Source: Candidatus Poribacteria bacterium
Lineage (GTDB): Bacteria; Poribacteria; WGA-4E; PCPOR2b
Direction of reading: 5' to 3'
Assembly (NCBI GenBank): GCA_965215015.1
Contig: OZ244042.1
Location: 608,001-672,000, forward strand
DNA length: 64,000 bases
A program made the translations under genes and the position numbers. The notes under the pieces were generated by a model, which had not been told where the DNA came from, made no database searches, and saw only the letters and a program-made list of their open reading frames with translations. Of this stretch, positions 20,498 through 30,079 are shown piece by piece. Position 1 is the first letter of the stretch; each line of letters starts with the position of its first letter.

Positions 20498-21175
20498 TTA
20501 TTCTACTGAACGCTGGCGCAACCGTAGTAGGTCTGCGTTGGTGTGGAACGACTCGTATTTCTCCACGAACTCCGCTAGCGTCTCCTCAACAGTTGCGGTC
20601 GTAGTATCAAGGACGATTCGCTTCTGTATTAAGGACGCCTCAAACTCCTCCTCGAACCGTTGCAGAACGCACTCAATGTCCTTTTCCTGCACAACTTGGT
20701 GGGTGTGCGGGTTTTCTTTCATCCGTTTTGCAATCACCCCTGGTGCCGCTTTGAAAAGGACCAGCACCGTCCCCGGGGCGCGCTCAAGGATCTTCCTCTC
20801 TATGCGTCTTGCCATCTCTGTCCGCTGTCCTTCAGGGCTTCGGAAGGGTGCTTTGCTATCTTTCCCACCGTAGCCGTAGTACAACGGAGCATAGACCGCT
20901 TCTTCGATGACCAAGCCCATCAGATTGTGGTCGGGCTTGCTATAGAAAGCCTCTGAGACATGATACTCAATCATGTAGCGTTGGAGCATCTCGACAGCTT
21001 GGGGATGCAGGGTCAATAATGATTCTTGCGCCTCTGCTATTAACTCGCTCGAAGGAACGCTCATATGGTCATGGAAATGGCTCGTCCCTCCCAAAGTCCG
21101 TTTTGCCCATTCCATGACTTCTGCTGCTAACGTCGATTTACCCGCATATTCGCATCCAACAAAAATGAGATTCAT
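20498..21175 (-). CDS. P-loop nucleoside/nucleotide kinase-like protein
   Basis: N-terminal IFVGCEYAGKST Walker A; lid-like VIAKRM; LDTT near the C-terminus. Confidence 0.7.
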   Translation of the reverse strand: MNLIFVGCEYAGKSTLAAEVMEWAKRTLGGTSHFHDHMSVPSSELIAEAQESLLTLHPQAVEMLQRYMIEYHVSEAFYSKPDHNLMGLVIEEAVYAPLYYGYGGKDSKAPFRSPEGQRTEMARRIERKILERAPGTVLVLFKAAPGVIAKRMKENPHTHQVVQEKDIECVLQRFEEEFEASLIQKRIVLDTTTATVEETLAEFVEKYESFHTNADLLRLRQRSVE

Positions 21176-21258
21176 GAGGATTTTCCTTCCATAATTTCTT
21201 GTGAGAACTCTGGTATCAAGCCCGCCCTGAGGTAGTCAACACCCCTCTATCATTCGAC

Positions 21259-21287
21259 ATTATAGCAGAAAGCAAAACGGCAATCAA
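21259..21287 (-). promoter_or_regulatory. Sigma70 promoter of the kinase-like gene
   Basis: TTGATT-N17-TATAAT with a TG extension. Confidence 0.65.
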
Positions 21288-21429
21288 TCTCAAAATAGAG
21301 TCAGTAGGTGGGTAGTTGATTGGTTGTTTCTAACGCTAATTTTCAGCGTTGCCGGTGAGGGAAGGAGCTACATTTTGCCTGTGTGGTTTGACAGTCCCAA
21401 TCTGAGCCATGCGCTTCCAAAAATAGATC

Positions 21430-21458
21430 TTGACAAATTGATCGCAGTTGCCTATAAT
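21430..21458 (+). promoter_or_regulatory. Perfect-consensus sigma70 promoter of chrA
   Basis: TTGACA(21430-21435)-N17-TATAAT(21453-21458). Confidence 0.85.
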
Positions 21459-21466
21459 TAGAAAGT

Positions 21467-22609
21467 GTGATGAACAAGATTAGGCAACTTTTGGTGTTGT
21501 TTCTCAAATTAGGCGTCACCGCTTTTGGCGGCCCCGCCGCGCATATTGCCATGATGGAGGATGAGGTTGTCACGCGCCGGCGTTGGCTGACCCACAAGCA
21601 ATTCCTGGATCTAATCGGTGCAACGAATCTGATTCCCGGACCCAACTCGACTGAAATGGCAATCCACATCGGTTTTGTACGTGCAGGGATTGCAGGGTTG
21701 GTGATCGCGGGTGTCTGCTTTATTCTTCCCGCGGCATTGATCGCGCTGGGTTGTGCGTGGGTTTACGATCGGTTTGAGACAGTGCCGCAGGCAGAGGTGC
21801 TGCTGTATGGCATCAAGCCGGCGGTTATCGCCGTGATTCTCAGTGCGGTGTGGAGATTGGGCAAAGCAGCAGCGAAGGGTCCCTTTCTAATCGGCGTGGG
21901 ATTCTTAGTCATGCTGCTTGTACTGTTTGGCATCAATGAAATTATAGCACTGCTTGGCGGTGGGATTGTAGGCATCTTGTGGCAACTTGGAAGTCGATGG
22001 CGAACAGGGAAGATGCTGCTCGGTTTTGTATGGCTCCCCGCCAGTAATCTGACACTTGCAGCTACGGCTGCTCCTTCGGCGTCAGTTACCCTCCCTTCTC
22101 TTGGGCTTTTCTTCCTTAAAATTGGCTGTGTCTTGTTTGGCAGCGGTTACGTCCTCGTTGCTTTCCTGCAAGGCGGTCTGGTAGAGCAGCATCAATGGTT
22201 GACGCAGCAACAACTCCTCGACGCAATCGCAATTGGACAGTTTACACCGGGACCAGTTCTCACAACTGCTACGTTCATTGGCTACGTACTAGCAGGGCCC
22301 CTTGGTGCACTTGTAGCAACCCTTGGCATCTTTGTGCCATCATTTCTGTTTGTGTTAGCGACCAATCCACTCATCCCGCGCCTTCGCCAGTCAGCGGTTG
22401 CCGGTGCGTTTCTGGATGCGGTCAACGCGAGCGCGATTGGGTTGATGGCGGCGGTCACGGTTGAGCTCGCACGTCACACATTGATTGATTGGGGAGCCTG
22501 GCTGATTGCTTTGGTATCGGCGACAGTGCTGTTTCGCTATAACATCAATTCAGCATGGTTGGTGTTGAGCGGTGCAGCGATAGGTTGGCTGTTGAAGACA
22601 TTGACGTAA
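21467..22609 (+). CDS. chrA: Chromate efflux transporter (long-chain CHR)
   Basis: FLKLG..AFGGP, IPGPNSTE, FLKIG..LFGSG and QFTPGP in two homologous halves. Confidence 0.95.
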   Translation: MMNKIRQLLVLFLKLGVTAFGGPAAHIAMMEDEVVTRRRWLTHKQFLDLIGATNLIPGPNSTEMAIHIGFVRAGIAGLVIAGVCFILPAALIALGCAWVYDRFETVPQAEVLLYGIKPAVIAVILSAVWRLGKAAAKGPFLIGVGFLVMLLVLFGINEIIALLGGGIVGILWQLGSRWRTGKMLLGFVWLPASNLTLAATAAPSASVTLPSLGLFFLKIGCVLFGSGYVLVAFLQGGLVEQHQWLTQQQLLDAIAIGQFTPGPVLTTATFIGYVLAGPLGALVATLGIFVPSFLFVLATNPLIPRLRQSAVAGAFLDAVNASAIGLMAAVTVELARHTLIDWGAWLIALVSATVLFRYNINSAWLVLSGAAIGWLLKTLT

Positions 22610-22726
22610 AATTAAGATAACGCAAGCCGCTACCTATTGTCCTGCTGGAGCGCAGAATGAAAGGGGGCCGGTGAGAAAGTGAAAAGGAACTAAAAAACAA
22701 AGCGTTCATTACCAGAGGGAAAAACA

Positions 22727-23530
22727 ATGTACCCAACACTCATTAATTTTGGTCCTATAGCGATTCATAGCTTTGGTCTTATGATGGCGTTAGGCTTTCT
22801 TGCCGTCTTGTTGATTTCACGGCGCGAGTTGGCGAGGAAAGGACTAGACCCGAGTCCGACATCATCGATAATCTTTGCAGCTGCAGTTGGAGGAATTATT
22901 GGCGCAAAGCTCTACTCGGCACTTCAAGATGGAAAGATCGAAATAGCTGAACTGATTTCAAATAGTGGGTTGGTTTGGTATGGCGGTGTCATCGGTGCGC
23001 TCGCTGCTGTTCTGTTCGTTATCCATCGGTCTCCTAACCCGATTCTGCCGACACTTGATACGATTGGTATGTTGGTTTTGCTCGGATATGGGATTGGGCG
23101 AATCGGATGCTTCCTCGCTGGGGATGGGGACTATGGACCACCCTCAGACCTACCATGGGCGATGGCATTTCCCAACGGCACGGTGCCGACAGATATTCCC
23201 GTCCATCCAACGCCGCTTTATGAAACAGGGATGTCGCTGATTGGCTTTGGATTACTGTGGTCCATTCGCAAACAGAAAGAAGGTACGCCGGGCTGGCTAT
23301 TAGGTGGAGCATTTATCTTGGCGGGAATTGAGCGTTTCATCGCAGAATTCGTTAGACTGAACCTGCCGGTCCACTTCGGGTTGACAGAGGCGCAACTCAC
23401 AAGTATTTTGATGGTCATTATTGGGGGTTGTCTTATCTGCTGGGTCACGCGCCGTCGTATTGCGACAGAGGAAGTAACCGTTCCGACGCCGACCCCATCC
23501 CCTAAGCGCAAAAGGCGACGACGATCATAA
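22727..23530 (+). CDS. lgt: Prolipoprotein diacylglyceryl transferase
   Basis: GLVWYGG, GRIGCF, HPTPLYE and RFIAEFVR. Confidence 0.93.
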   Translation: MYPTLINFGPIAIHSFGLMMALGFLAVLLISRRELARKGLDPSPTSSIIFAAAVGGIIGAKLYSALQDGKIEIAELISNSGLVWYGGVIGALAAVLFVIHRSPNPILPTLDTIGMLVLLGYGIGRIGCFLAGDGDYGPPSDLPWAMAFPNGTVPTDIPVHPTPLYETGMSLIGFGLLWSIRKQKEGTPGWLLGGAFILAGIERFIAEFVRLNLPVHFGLTEAQLTSILMVIIGGCLICWVTRRRIATEEVTVPTPTPSPKRKRRRRS

Positions 23531-23590
23531 TCAAATGAGATAGGCCATAAATTTTTGACCGAATTGTGGCTTGAGCATCTATCGCTGGGG

Positions 23591-23788
23591 TTACCGCCCT
23601 GTTTTTCGCATGCCCATCATGATTTTCACGACACCCCTGATCATAACCAGCGTTCCCACAAATAAGAAGATGATAAGTCCCAATTGTTTAATCTGAAGAG
23701 AGGGTCGAAGCAAATATCCCATAAATCCAACGACCATTATGAGAATCAGTGTGTTCAAAAGAACTTTGTTCGTATACCATTTTTGCAT
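23591..23788 (-). CDS. Small two-TM membrane protein
   Basis: 65 aa, two hydrophobic helices, basic tail, AAGGA RBS. Confidence 0.55.
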   Translation of the reverse strand: MQKWYTNKVLLNTLILIMVVGFMGYLLRPSLQIKQLGLIIFLFVGTLVMIRGVVKIMMGMRKTGR

Positions 23789-23829
23789 TGATTTTTCCTT
23801 GCGAGTTCGGGCACGGTCTAATTATCGAT

Positions 23830-24288
23830 TTACTCTCTAGGTTTTCCAGTGTTTGTGTCGGCTTCGATAATTTTTAATAAGGTGGTGCGCCAGTTTTGGA
23901 GGTCCGACAGATTTTCTGTCACGATGTTGTAGATATCTTCCGGATCGACGCGATAATAGTGGTGGACAATCAAATTCTGAAACCCCACCATTTTGTCATA
24001 AATTTTTGTGGACATTGCGTCAATATATCCGATATCCGGGATCGGCAAGCCCGGTTGGCATATGCCGATACGTAGCGATAGAGGGCAAACCAAGTAAACG
24101 AATCACATAGCGAGAAATGTCTACCAATGCCTCGCTAGAGGTTTGAAGCAAGTGGGCTGCCGCTTCGAGATACCAGCACTCTACCATGAATTCGTCGTAG
24201 CTGAAATCACTTAATCTCCCAAGTTTGCCCCAGCTCTCCTCAATTGTGTCAAAATGGAGCTGTACATCCTGCTTTCTTATCTGTCCAT
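23830..24288 (-). pseudogene. HepT-like (DUF86/HEPN) toxin, frameshifted
   Basis: AAAHLLQTSSEALVDISRYVI in one frame and KMVGFQNLIVHHYYRVD in another; the RX4H motif is degenerate (Q for R). Confidence 0.8.
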
Positions 24289-24289
24289 T

Positions 24290-24610
24290 CTCTAGATATT
24301 CAGGCAGCCCTGTATCTGCTTCGTAAATCACTTTCCCAGTTTGCACGACCACTTGTTAAAATCAGAGTGGCTGATTCGACACCTCTACTACATCTGCCCT
24401 GTCCTGACCGACCACTGCAAATGCTTTGTCGAGCAGTTCCTCAACCAGCATCCACCGTCTATCTTTGGACCAGTCTACCGGTAGCAGCACGGCAAAGTCA
24501 TAATCGCTGAAGGCATCGGGCTTCCTACTGCCCTGTGATCCAAAAAAATAGGCTGCCACGATGCTATCGGTGCCAAAAAAAATCTGTGCTAGCTTCTTTC
24601 TATCAACCAT
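24290..24610 (-). pseudogene. MntA-like minimal nucleotidyltransferase antitoxin with premature stops
   Basis: AAYFFGSQ...SDYDFAVL motif; stop after NQPL, with VVQTGKVIYE continuing downstream. Confidence 0.8.
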
Positions 24611-24649
24611 AAAACTGCATCAATACCTGCGTCCGATTGATACACAGTC

Positions 24650-24677
24650 GTAGGGAACGCAGATCTGCGTTCCCTAC
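24650..24677. repeat. Perfect 28-bp GTAG-type palindrome
   Basis: GTAGGGAACGCAGA|TCTGCGTTCCCTAC; it contains the stop codon of the aminotransferase gene. Confidence 0.9.
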
Positions 24678-25849
24678 CTGAAAAATGCCCGCCGTATCTG
24701 TCTCACGGCTTGGCGGATGCGGTCTTCGTTTTCGACAAGTGCAATCCGGACATATCCCTCTCCGTTGTGACCGAACCCCGCACCGGGGGAGACACAAACC
24801 TCCGCTTCATCAAGCAGCTTCATCGCAAAATCCATCGAACTCATATGGCGATACGATTCAGGGATTGGTGCCCATACAAACATCGTTGCACGCGGTTTTT
24901 GCACTTTCCAGCCAATCCGATTTAGCCCGTCTACCAGCACATCACGGCGGATTCGATAGGTTTCCGCATTTGATTCCACAATATCAGTATCCGTTCGCAG
25001 TGCCATGATCGCAGCGACCTGAATGGGTGCAAAGATACCATAGTCGTAATAGCCCTTGATTCGCGCCAATGCGTCAACTAGATCGCGATTGCCGACGGCG
25101 AACCCACACCGCCAACCTGCCATGTTGTAGGACTTTGATAAAGAGATAAATTCAATCCCGACATCTTTGGCACCCTTTGCTTGTAAAAAGCTTGGTGCCT
25201 GATAGTCGTCGAAAACAATGTCAGCATACGCGAGGTCATGGATAACGATGATATCGTTTCGTTTGGCGAAGTCAACAATTTCTTCAAAGAAGGCGAGTTC
25301 GATTACCGCCCCCGTTGGGTTATGCGGAAAACTCAAAATTAAGACCTTGGGTCTGGGCCAGATATCTCTCGAAATCTCATCGAGACTCGGCACAAACTGA
25401 TTTTCTTCGCGTAACGGGAGACTGACGACGCTGCCACCGGCGATGACGGTCGCGTAGATATGAATCGGAAAGGTTGGGTTTGGAACAAGTGCCAGATCGC
25501 CTTCGTCTATCAATGCAAGTGCGAGATGGGAAAGCCCTTCTTTGGTGCCGATTACTGTGATTGCTTCATGGTTGGGATCGACTTGGACACCGAAGCGTCG
25601 TTCATAGTACCAACTGACCTCGCGGCACAGATTGAAAATCCCACGTGATGCGGAATAACGATGGTGGCGGGCTTCTTGGGCAGCTTCAGTCAGTTTATCA
25701 ACAATATGCTGCGGGGTCGGTCTGTCAGGGTTGCCCATCCCCAAATCAATGACATCAATCCCCTGTTGTCGCCTTTCATGGGTCAACTGCTTGAGTTTAC
25801 CAAACATGTAGGGCGGTAATCGGTTGAGTCGTTTTGAAAGTATGTTCAT
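24674..25849 (-). CDS. Class I/II PLP aminotransferase (AlaC/LL-DAP aminotransferase-like)
   Basis: RLPPYMF, DLGMGNPD, FPHNPT, HDLAY and SLSKSYNMAGWR; start set at MNILSKR. Confidence 0.9.
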   Translation of the reverse strand: MNILSKRLNRLPPYMFGKLKQLTHERRQQGIDVIDLGMGNPDRPTPQHIVDKLTEAAQEARHHRYSASRGIFNLCREVSWYYERRFGVQVDPNHEAITVIGTKEGLSHLALALIDEGDLALVPNPTFPIHIYATVIAGGSVVSLPLREENQFVPSLDEISRDIWPRPKVLILSFPHNPTGAVIELAFFEEIVDFAKRNDIIVIHDLAYADIVFDDYQAPSFLQAKGAKDVGIEFISLSKSYNMAGWRCGFAVGNRDLVDALARIKGYYDYGIFAPIQVAAIMALRTDTDIVESNAETYRIRRDVLVDGLNRIGWKVQKPRATMFVWAPIPESYRHMSSMDFAMKLLDEAEVCVSPGAGFGHNGEGYVRIALVENEDRIRQAVRQIRRAFFR

Positions 25850-26049
25850 AGTTGCTGACCTAAAAAGTTTTGCGGGTTGGGGAGCTATGCGTTGGCAGTG
25901 GAGCACTAATTTGTCACACGGAAAAATGAAGTAAATCACGGCGTTGTAAAAAGTAAAACGTGAAACATAAAAAAAAGTTTCTCGCCGATAGGCTTGGGGA
26001 CAGGCGTATTACACATTAGAGTTGCTAACACCGATTGTTGTGCCGTTTC

Positions 26050-26808
26050 CTACACCCCTGCAAAGCCTCGAATCTTCGGGACATCATCCGTCCACAGCCC
26101 GCCAATCTCATGCTGCAACAGCCACTCGACATCGCGTCGGGTCCGCACAAATCCGCCTTCGACAGCGATGCCCTTTGCTTTAAGGCATCTAACCTTCTGA
26201 ATCAACGAATGTGCGATGACGTTGTAAAGCCGAAAGTGATTGATTCGGCTCCAACCGATGGCAATCCGATTAGCGTCGATAGCTTCCGCCGCCCTGAGAA
26301 AGTTAGCCATTGGATTGATGATAATTGCGCTCGTCCGAATTTTAGGCTCGATCTGTTTTGTTTGGACCAGCAATTCCTTACGCGAATAAAAGGTCAGAAT
26401 ACCGACTTTATCAATGAGGTTAAATTGCCGGATGTGTTTGACTAAGAGTGGGATGAGATTGTTCGCGTTCTCTTTAGGTTCAATGAAGCACGGCAATCCG
26501 GTTTGCTTGACAAAGGAAAGTACTTCATCAAGATGCGCTACCGGCTCAGGCGAATCGAGAACTTTCAGTTTTTGGACATCCACCCAGTTCAACTTGCTCA
26601 ACGGAGATGTGCAGCCCGTTACTTCCTGAATACTGTCCTCATTAAAGCCGGTATGGATGATAATCGGTTCCTGATCTTTGGTCAGGCGGACATCACACTC
26701 AAAGGCGTCTGCACCGTCCTCAAATGCTTGTCTGAAAGAAGCGATTGTATTTTCGGGGGCACGGTCTAGCCCGCCGCGATGAGCGAGTATCTTGATTTCG
26801 GTTTTCAT
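26050..26808 (-). CDS. Glycerophosphodiester phosphodiesterase family protein
   Basis: AHRGG, PENT, ECDVRLTKD...IIH, IEPK and WTD. Confidence 0.9.
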   Translation of the reverse strand: MKTEIKILAHRGGLDRAPENTIASFRQAFEDGADAFECDVRLTKDQEPIIIHTGFNEDSIQEVTGCTSPLSKLNWVDVQKLKVLDSPEPVAHLDEVLSFVKQTGLPCFIEPKENANNLIPLLVKHIRQFNLIDKVGILTFYSRKELLVQTKQIEPKIRTSAIIINPMANFLRAAEAIDANRIAIGWSRINHFRLYNVIAHSLIQKVRCLKAKGIAVEGGFVRTRRDVEWLLQHEIGGLWTDDVPKIRGFAGV

Positions 26809-26858
26809 GCAGACCTTTTGAATTTACCTGTTCAATCTCCCTGAGCATCAGACATTTT

Positions 26859-27590
26859 TCACGCCTCGCGCTTCTTATGCCATATCTTTTCAAATCGGTC
26901 TCGTGGGGCGAAGCCAAGGATTCGCTTTGCCTTATCATTGGTAAACCGCTGATGGGGCAGGTCGGTGAAGATACTAAACACCTCGCACCGCGATGGGAGT
27001 TCGTTGAGATCGATTTCTAAGCCGAGACGGAACGCTTCCCCCGCATCTCGCCAAGACACTGAAAATGGGGTGAGGTCTGTGCCTTCTGCCGGGTCATCGT
27101 CATTTCGGAAGTTGTAAAAGAGATAGCAAAGGACGTAAATATCGTAGTTTTCAGTAAATATTTTACAGATTTCCTGTCCGAGCCCTTTTGTGATAGGGTA
27201 CAAACCTGTCCCCGGTTGGGGTGGAACGTCCGGATCTATCTCATAATCGTAGTGTTCGTAAGTTGGACCTGTGATTGTAAAATGCGGTCCCGTGTTGATA
27301 ACCCTTCGGATACCGTGTTCAACCGCCGCTCGCATTGTGTTGTAGCAACCACGTGTGCTCACGTCGAAAGCAATTTGTCGATCATGGCGAAGGACGGAGC
27401 AGTTAATGATTGCATCTATTCCCTCCGCTGCCCGCATGACATCGTCCAAGGATGAGACATCCACCTGCATTGATTCATGTTTCGTGTCAATCGGCTTGAT
27501 GTCCGTGATACGGAGTTGGTAGTATGGCTCCAACGCTTTTTCGACATGGGGACCTAGATACCCGTGTCCCCCCAAAATCAATACTTTCAT
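26859..27590 (-). CDS. NAD-dependent epimerase/dehydratase (uronate dehydrogenase-like SDR)
   Basis: GGHGYLG and YPITK (YxxxK). Confidence 0.88.
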   Translation of the reverse strand: MKVLILGGHGYLGPHVEKALEPYYQLRITDIKPIDTKHESMQVDVSSLDDVMRAAEGIDAIINCSVLRHDRQIAFDVSTRGCYNTMRAAVEHGIRRVINTGPHFTITGPTYEHYDYEIDPDVPPQPGTGLYPITKGLGQEICKIFTENYDIYVLCYLFYNFRNDDDPAEGTDLTPFSVSWRDAGEAFRLGLEIDLNELPSRCEVFSIFTDLPHQRFTNDKAKRILGFAPRDRFEKIWHKKREA

Positions 27591-27600
27591 ACCTCACCTC

Positions 27601-28305
27601 CTAGACCGAAAATTGCGGGTTAAACTCGAGCGATGTTTTTGCCTTGTTGATGAAAAAGCGCGAATTGGAAAATTCTGACTGGATATGATAGATTTCCCAT
27701 CTTCTTTCACCGGAAGTGTTGAGGGCGCATTCAAAGGCATGAATCGCATCGTTCATCTCAAGCCATGTCGAGTCAAATGGTTGATTCCGCGCTGCCTCTG
27801 CCGTGACCAGCGTACCGAGTCGGAGGCAGGCGATGTTCATGTGTCCTTCGCGGGCAAATTCTCGACAGGTAAACTCACCGAGATACTTTGATAAAATCAA
27901 CGCGTTCGTTGTTGGCCGCGGCCGCCACACTTCGGAGACCGTCCAATCTTCGTTATGCGAATCAAAGAGATGAAGGGTGCTTGCATAGATTGTGCGGGGA
28001 ACGCGCTCTTCAATTGCTGCCATCAGGAGGTTGTAGGTGCAGCGTGTCTGGAAGTCCATCTCTGAGTTTTCTGGTTGGTTTGATTCGGAAAGAAGGGAAG
28101 GCGGCAGCTGTGCTACATGTACAATGGTATCTATTCCCTGAACGAGCTTGTTTGTTGACTCATCATGCCCAAGGTCGCAACGCACAAATTCAAACTCAGT
28201 TTCGACATCAATTAAATCTGTCAAACGAATCTGATGCTCGCTGGACAATGCGCTGGCCAATCCTTGTGCCAAGTCCGAAGCGGCTGAAGTGATAAGAATA
28301 TTCAT
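27601..28305 (-). CDS. Degenerate NAD-dependent epimerase/dehydratase paralogue
   Basis: Same overall fold signature, but ITSAASDLA replaces GxxGxxG and LILSK replaces YxxxK; start at MNILIT. Confidence 0.75.
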   Translation of the reverse strand: MNILITSAASDLAQGLASALSSEHQIRLTDLIDVETEFEFVRCDLGHDESTNKLVQGIDTIVHVAQLPPSLLSESNQPENSEMDFQTRCTYNLLMAAIEERVPRTIYASTLHLFDSHNEDWTVSEVWRPRPTTNALILSKYLGEFTCREFAREGHMNIACLRLGTLVTAEAARNQPFDSTWLEMNDAIHAFECALNTSGERRWEIYHIQSEFSNSRFFINKAKTSLEFNPQFSV

Positions 28306-28456
28306 AGTGAATCTCCAACAGATAGTATGGCCAGCACTCCACAGATGCTCCCATTGGATTGAGCGGGTTTGGGGAGCACTGGTAATGATAAAAGCGGGTT
28401 TAATACATACAAGTTTCAATATGGGAACAAACAAAATCTCATTGCGGTTTTGTCTC

Positions 28457-28807
28457 TTAAACTGTCGCTTCGACGGTAAAACCGCCGACCAGCGAATAGT
28501 TTGCCGCATAATGGTGGAGTTTGGCATTAATTTCCAATATCTCGTCCGGTGTGTGATGGGCACCTTCTTTGGACCAAACCGCGTTATTCGCCTCCACACT
28601 TTCCCAGAGCGTCATCCATACATAATCGTGTTCGGATTGTGCGACGCCGGCGAGGTTCCCCTTGTAACCCTTGAGCAACTCGATACTAAGACAGCTAGGA
28701 AGTGCACGAATCGTGGGTAGAAATTGACGCAGCATAAAGTCCTCAAACTGTTCGCGTTCAACATTCGGCTTTAGTTCAATCGTATGAATGGCGCGAAAAT
28801 GTGACAT
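28457..28807 (-). CDS. Dimeric alpha-beta barrel (ABM-like) small protein
   Basis: IELKP...FEDFM...ELLKG...YVWMTLWES; AAGGAG RBS before MSHF. Confidence 0.65.
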   Translation of the reverse strand: MSHFRAIHTIELKPNVEREQFEDFMLRQFLPTIRALPSCLSIELLKGYKGNLAGVAQSEHDYVWMTLWESVEANNAVWSKEGAHHTPDEILEINAKLHHYAANYSLVGGFTVEATV

Positions 28808-28898
28808 TTCGTACTCCTTTACCAAAATAATAAAAATGGGAAAGCAAAATATGGTTATGCTTTCCCATGGATTTGACGCAAGTTCTTGGCTAAACTCC

Positions 28899-29978
28899 TT
28901 ATCTGCCACCGATAAAATCTTCCACCATCGCCAAGGCTTCGGCGTCAGCATACTGACGCGGCGGCGACTTCATGAAATAGGCACTTGGACCATAGAGTGC
29001 ACCGCTGACACCACGATCTCGTGCAATTTTGCAGCAACGAATCGCGTCAATCGCTACTCCCGCGGAATTAGGCGAATCCCATACCTCCAATTTGACTTCT
29101 GCCCGGACGGGAATATCACCGAATTCGGTTCCTTCAAGATAGAGATAGCACCACTTCCGGTCTTCGAGGAAGGGTACGTAATCGCTGGGACCGATATAGA
29201 CATTTTTCGGTGCGACCTCATGGTTGAGTTGGGAAACAACCGCATCCGTCTTAGAGATGCGTTTGGATTCCAATCGCTCTTTTTCTAACATGTTTTTGAA
29301 GTCCATGTTCCCGCCAACGTTTAATTGAGACGTGCGTTCAAGTTTCACGCCGCGGTCACTCATCAGTTTTGCCAGGGCGCGGTGAACGATGGTGGCTCCA
29401 AATTGCGCTTTAATATCGTCCCCAACGATAGGCAACCCTGCCGCTTCAAACTTTGCACGCCATTCATCGTTTTTCGCGATGAATACAGGCATACAATTCA
29501 CGACTGCACAACCGGCGTCCAACGCCTGTGCTATATACCATTTGGTCGCTTCCTCGCTGCCGACAGGCAGATAGTTGATGAGAATATCAGCTTGACTTTC
29601 GCGCAGAATCTCAGCCACATCAACGACCTCAGCCGGCGATTCATCGACCGTCTCATGGTAGTATTTGGCAAACCCATCCATCGTGGCTCCACGCTGGACA
29701 GTTACGCCGGTCTTTGGCACGTCTGAGAATTTTATGGTGTTATTAATTTCGGCAAAAATCGCATCGGCGACATCAAGCCCGACTTTGTTCTTATCGACAT
29801 CAAAAGCTGCAACAACTTTAACATCACTCACATGGTAGGGGCCGAACTTAACGTGCATGAGACCGGGAACGAACTCATCTTCTTTGGCATCTCGATAATA
29901 TTCAATACCTTGAAGCAAAGAAGATGCACAGTTTCCGATACCAACAACGGCAACTCGAATTTCAGGCATTTTAGTCAT
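28899..29978 (-). CDS. ino1: myo-inositol-1-phosphate synthase (short bacterial type)
   Basis: [38 protein letters not shown] and WDSPNSAG. Confidence 0.96.
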   Translation of the reverse strand: MTKMPEIRVAVVGIGNCASSLLQGIEYYRDAKEDEFVPGLMHVKFGPYHVSDVKVVAAFDVDKNKVGLDVADAIFAEINNTIKFSDVPKTGVTVQRGATMDGFAKYYHETVDESPAEVVDVAEILRESQADILINYLPVGSEEATKWYIAQALDAGCAVVNCMPVFIAKNDEWRAKFEAAGLPIVGDDIKAQFGATIVHRALAKLMSDRGVKLERTSQLNVGGNMDFKNMLEKERLESKRISKTDAVVSQLNHEVAPKNVYIGPSDYVPFLEDRKWCYLYLEGTEFGDIPVRAEVKLEVWDSPNSAGVAIDAIRCCKIARDRGVSGALYGPSAYFMKSPPRQYADAEALAMVEDFIGGR

Positions 29979-30079
29979 TCTCCTTAGTATATATTCAAAT
30001 CAATACATCATTGGTTTTGTTCATTATAACATGAGTAGCCATAAATTTCCATTTGTATTTAGTGGGTTGAGGTTAAAGG

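Noticed and set aside
28306-28599. 98-aa N-terminal extension of the SDR ORF in the ORF track
   Set aside because: It overlaps the ABM-like gene; SDR similarity starts at MNILIT (28305), which has a GGAG RBS.
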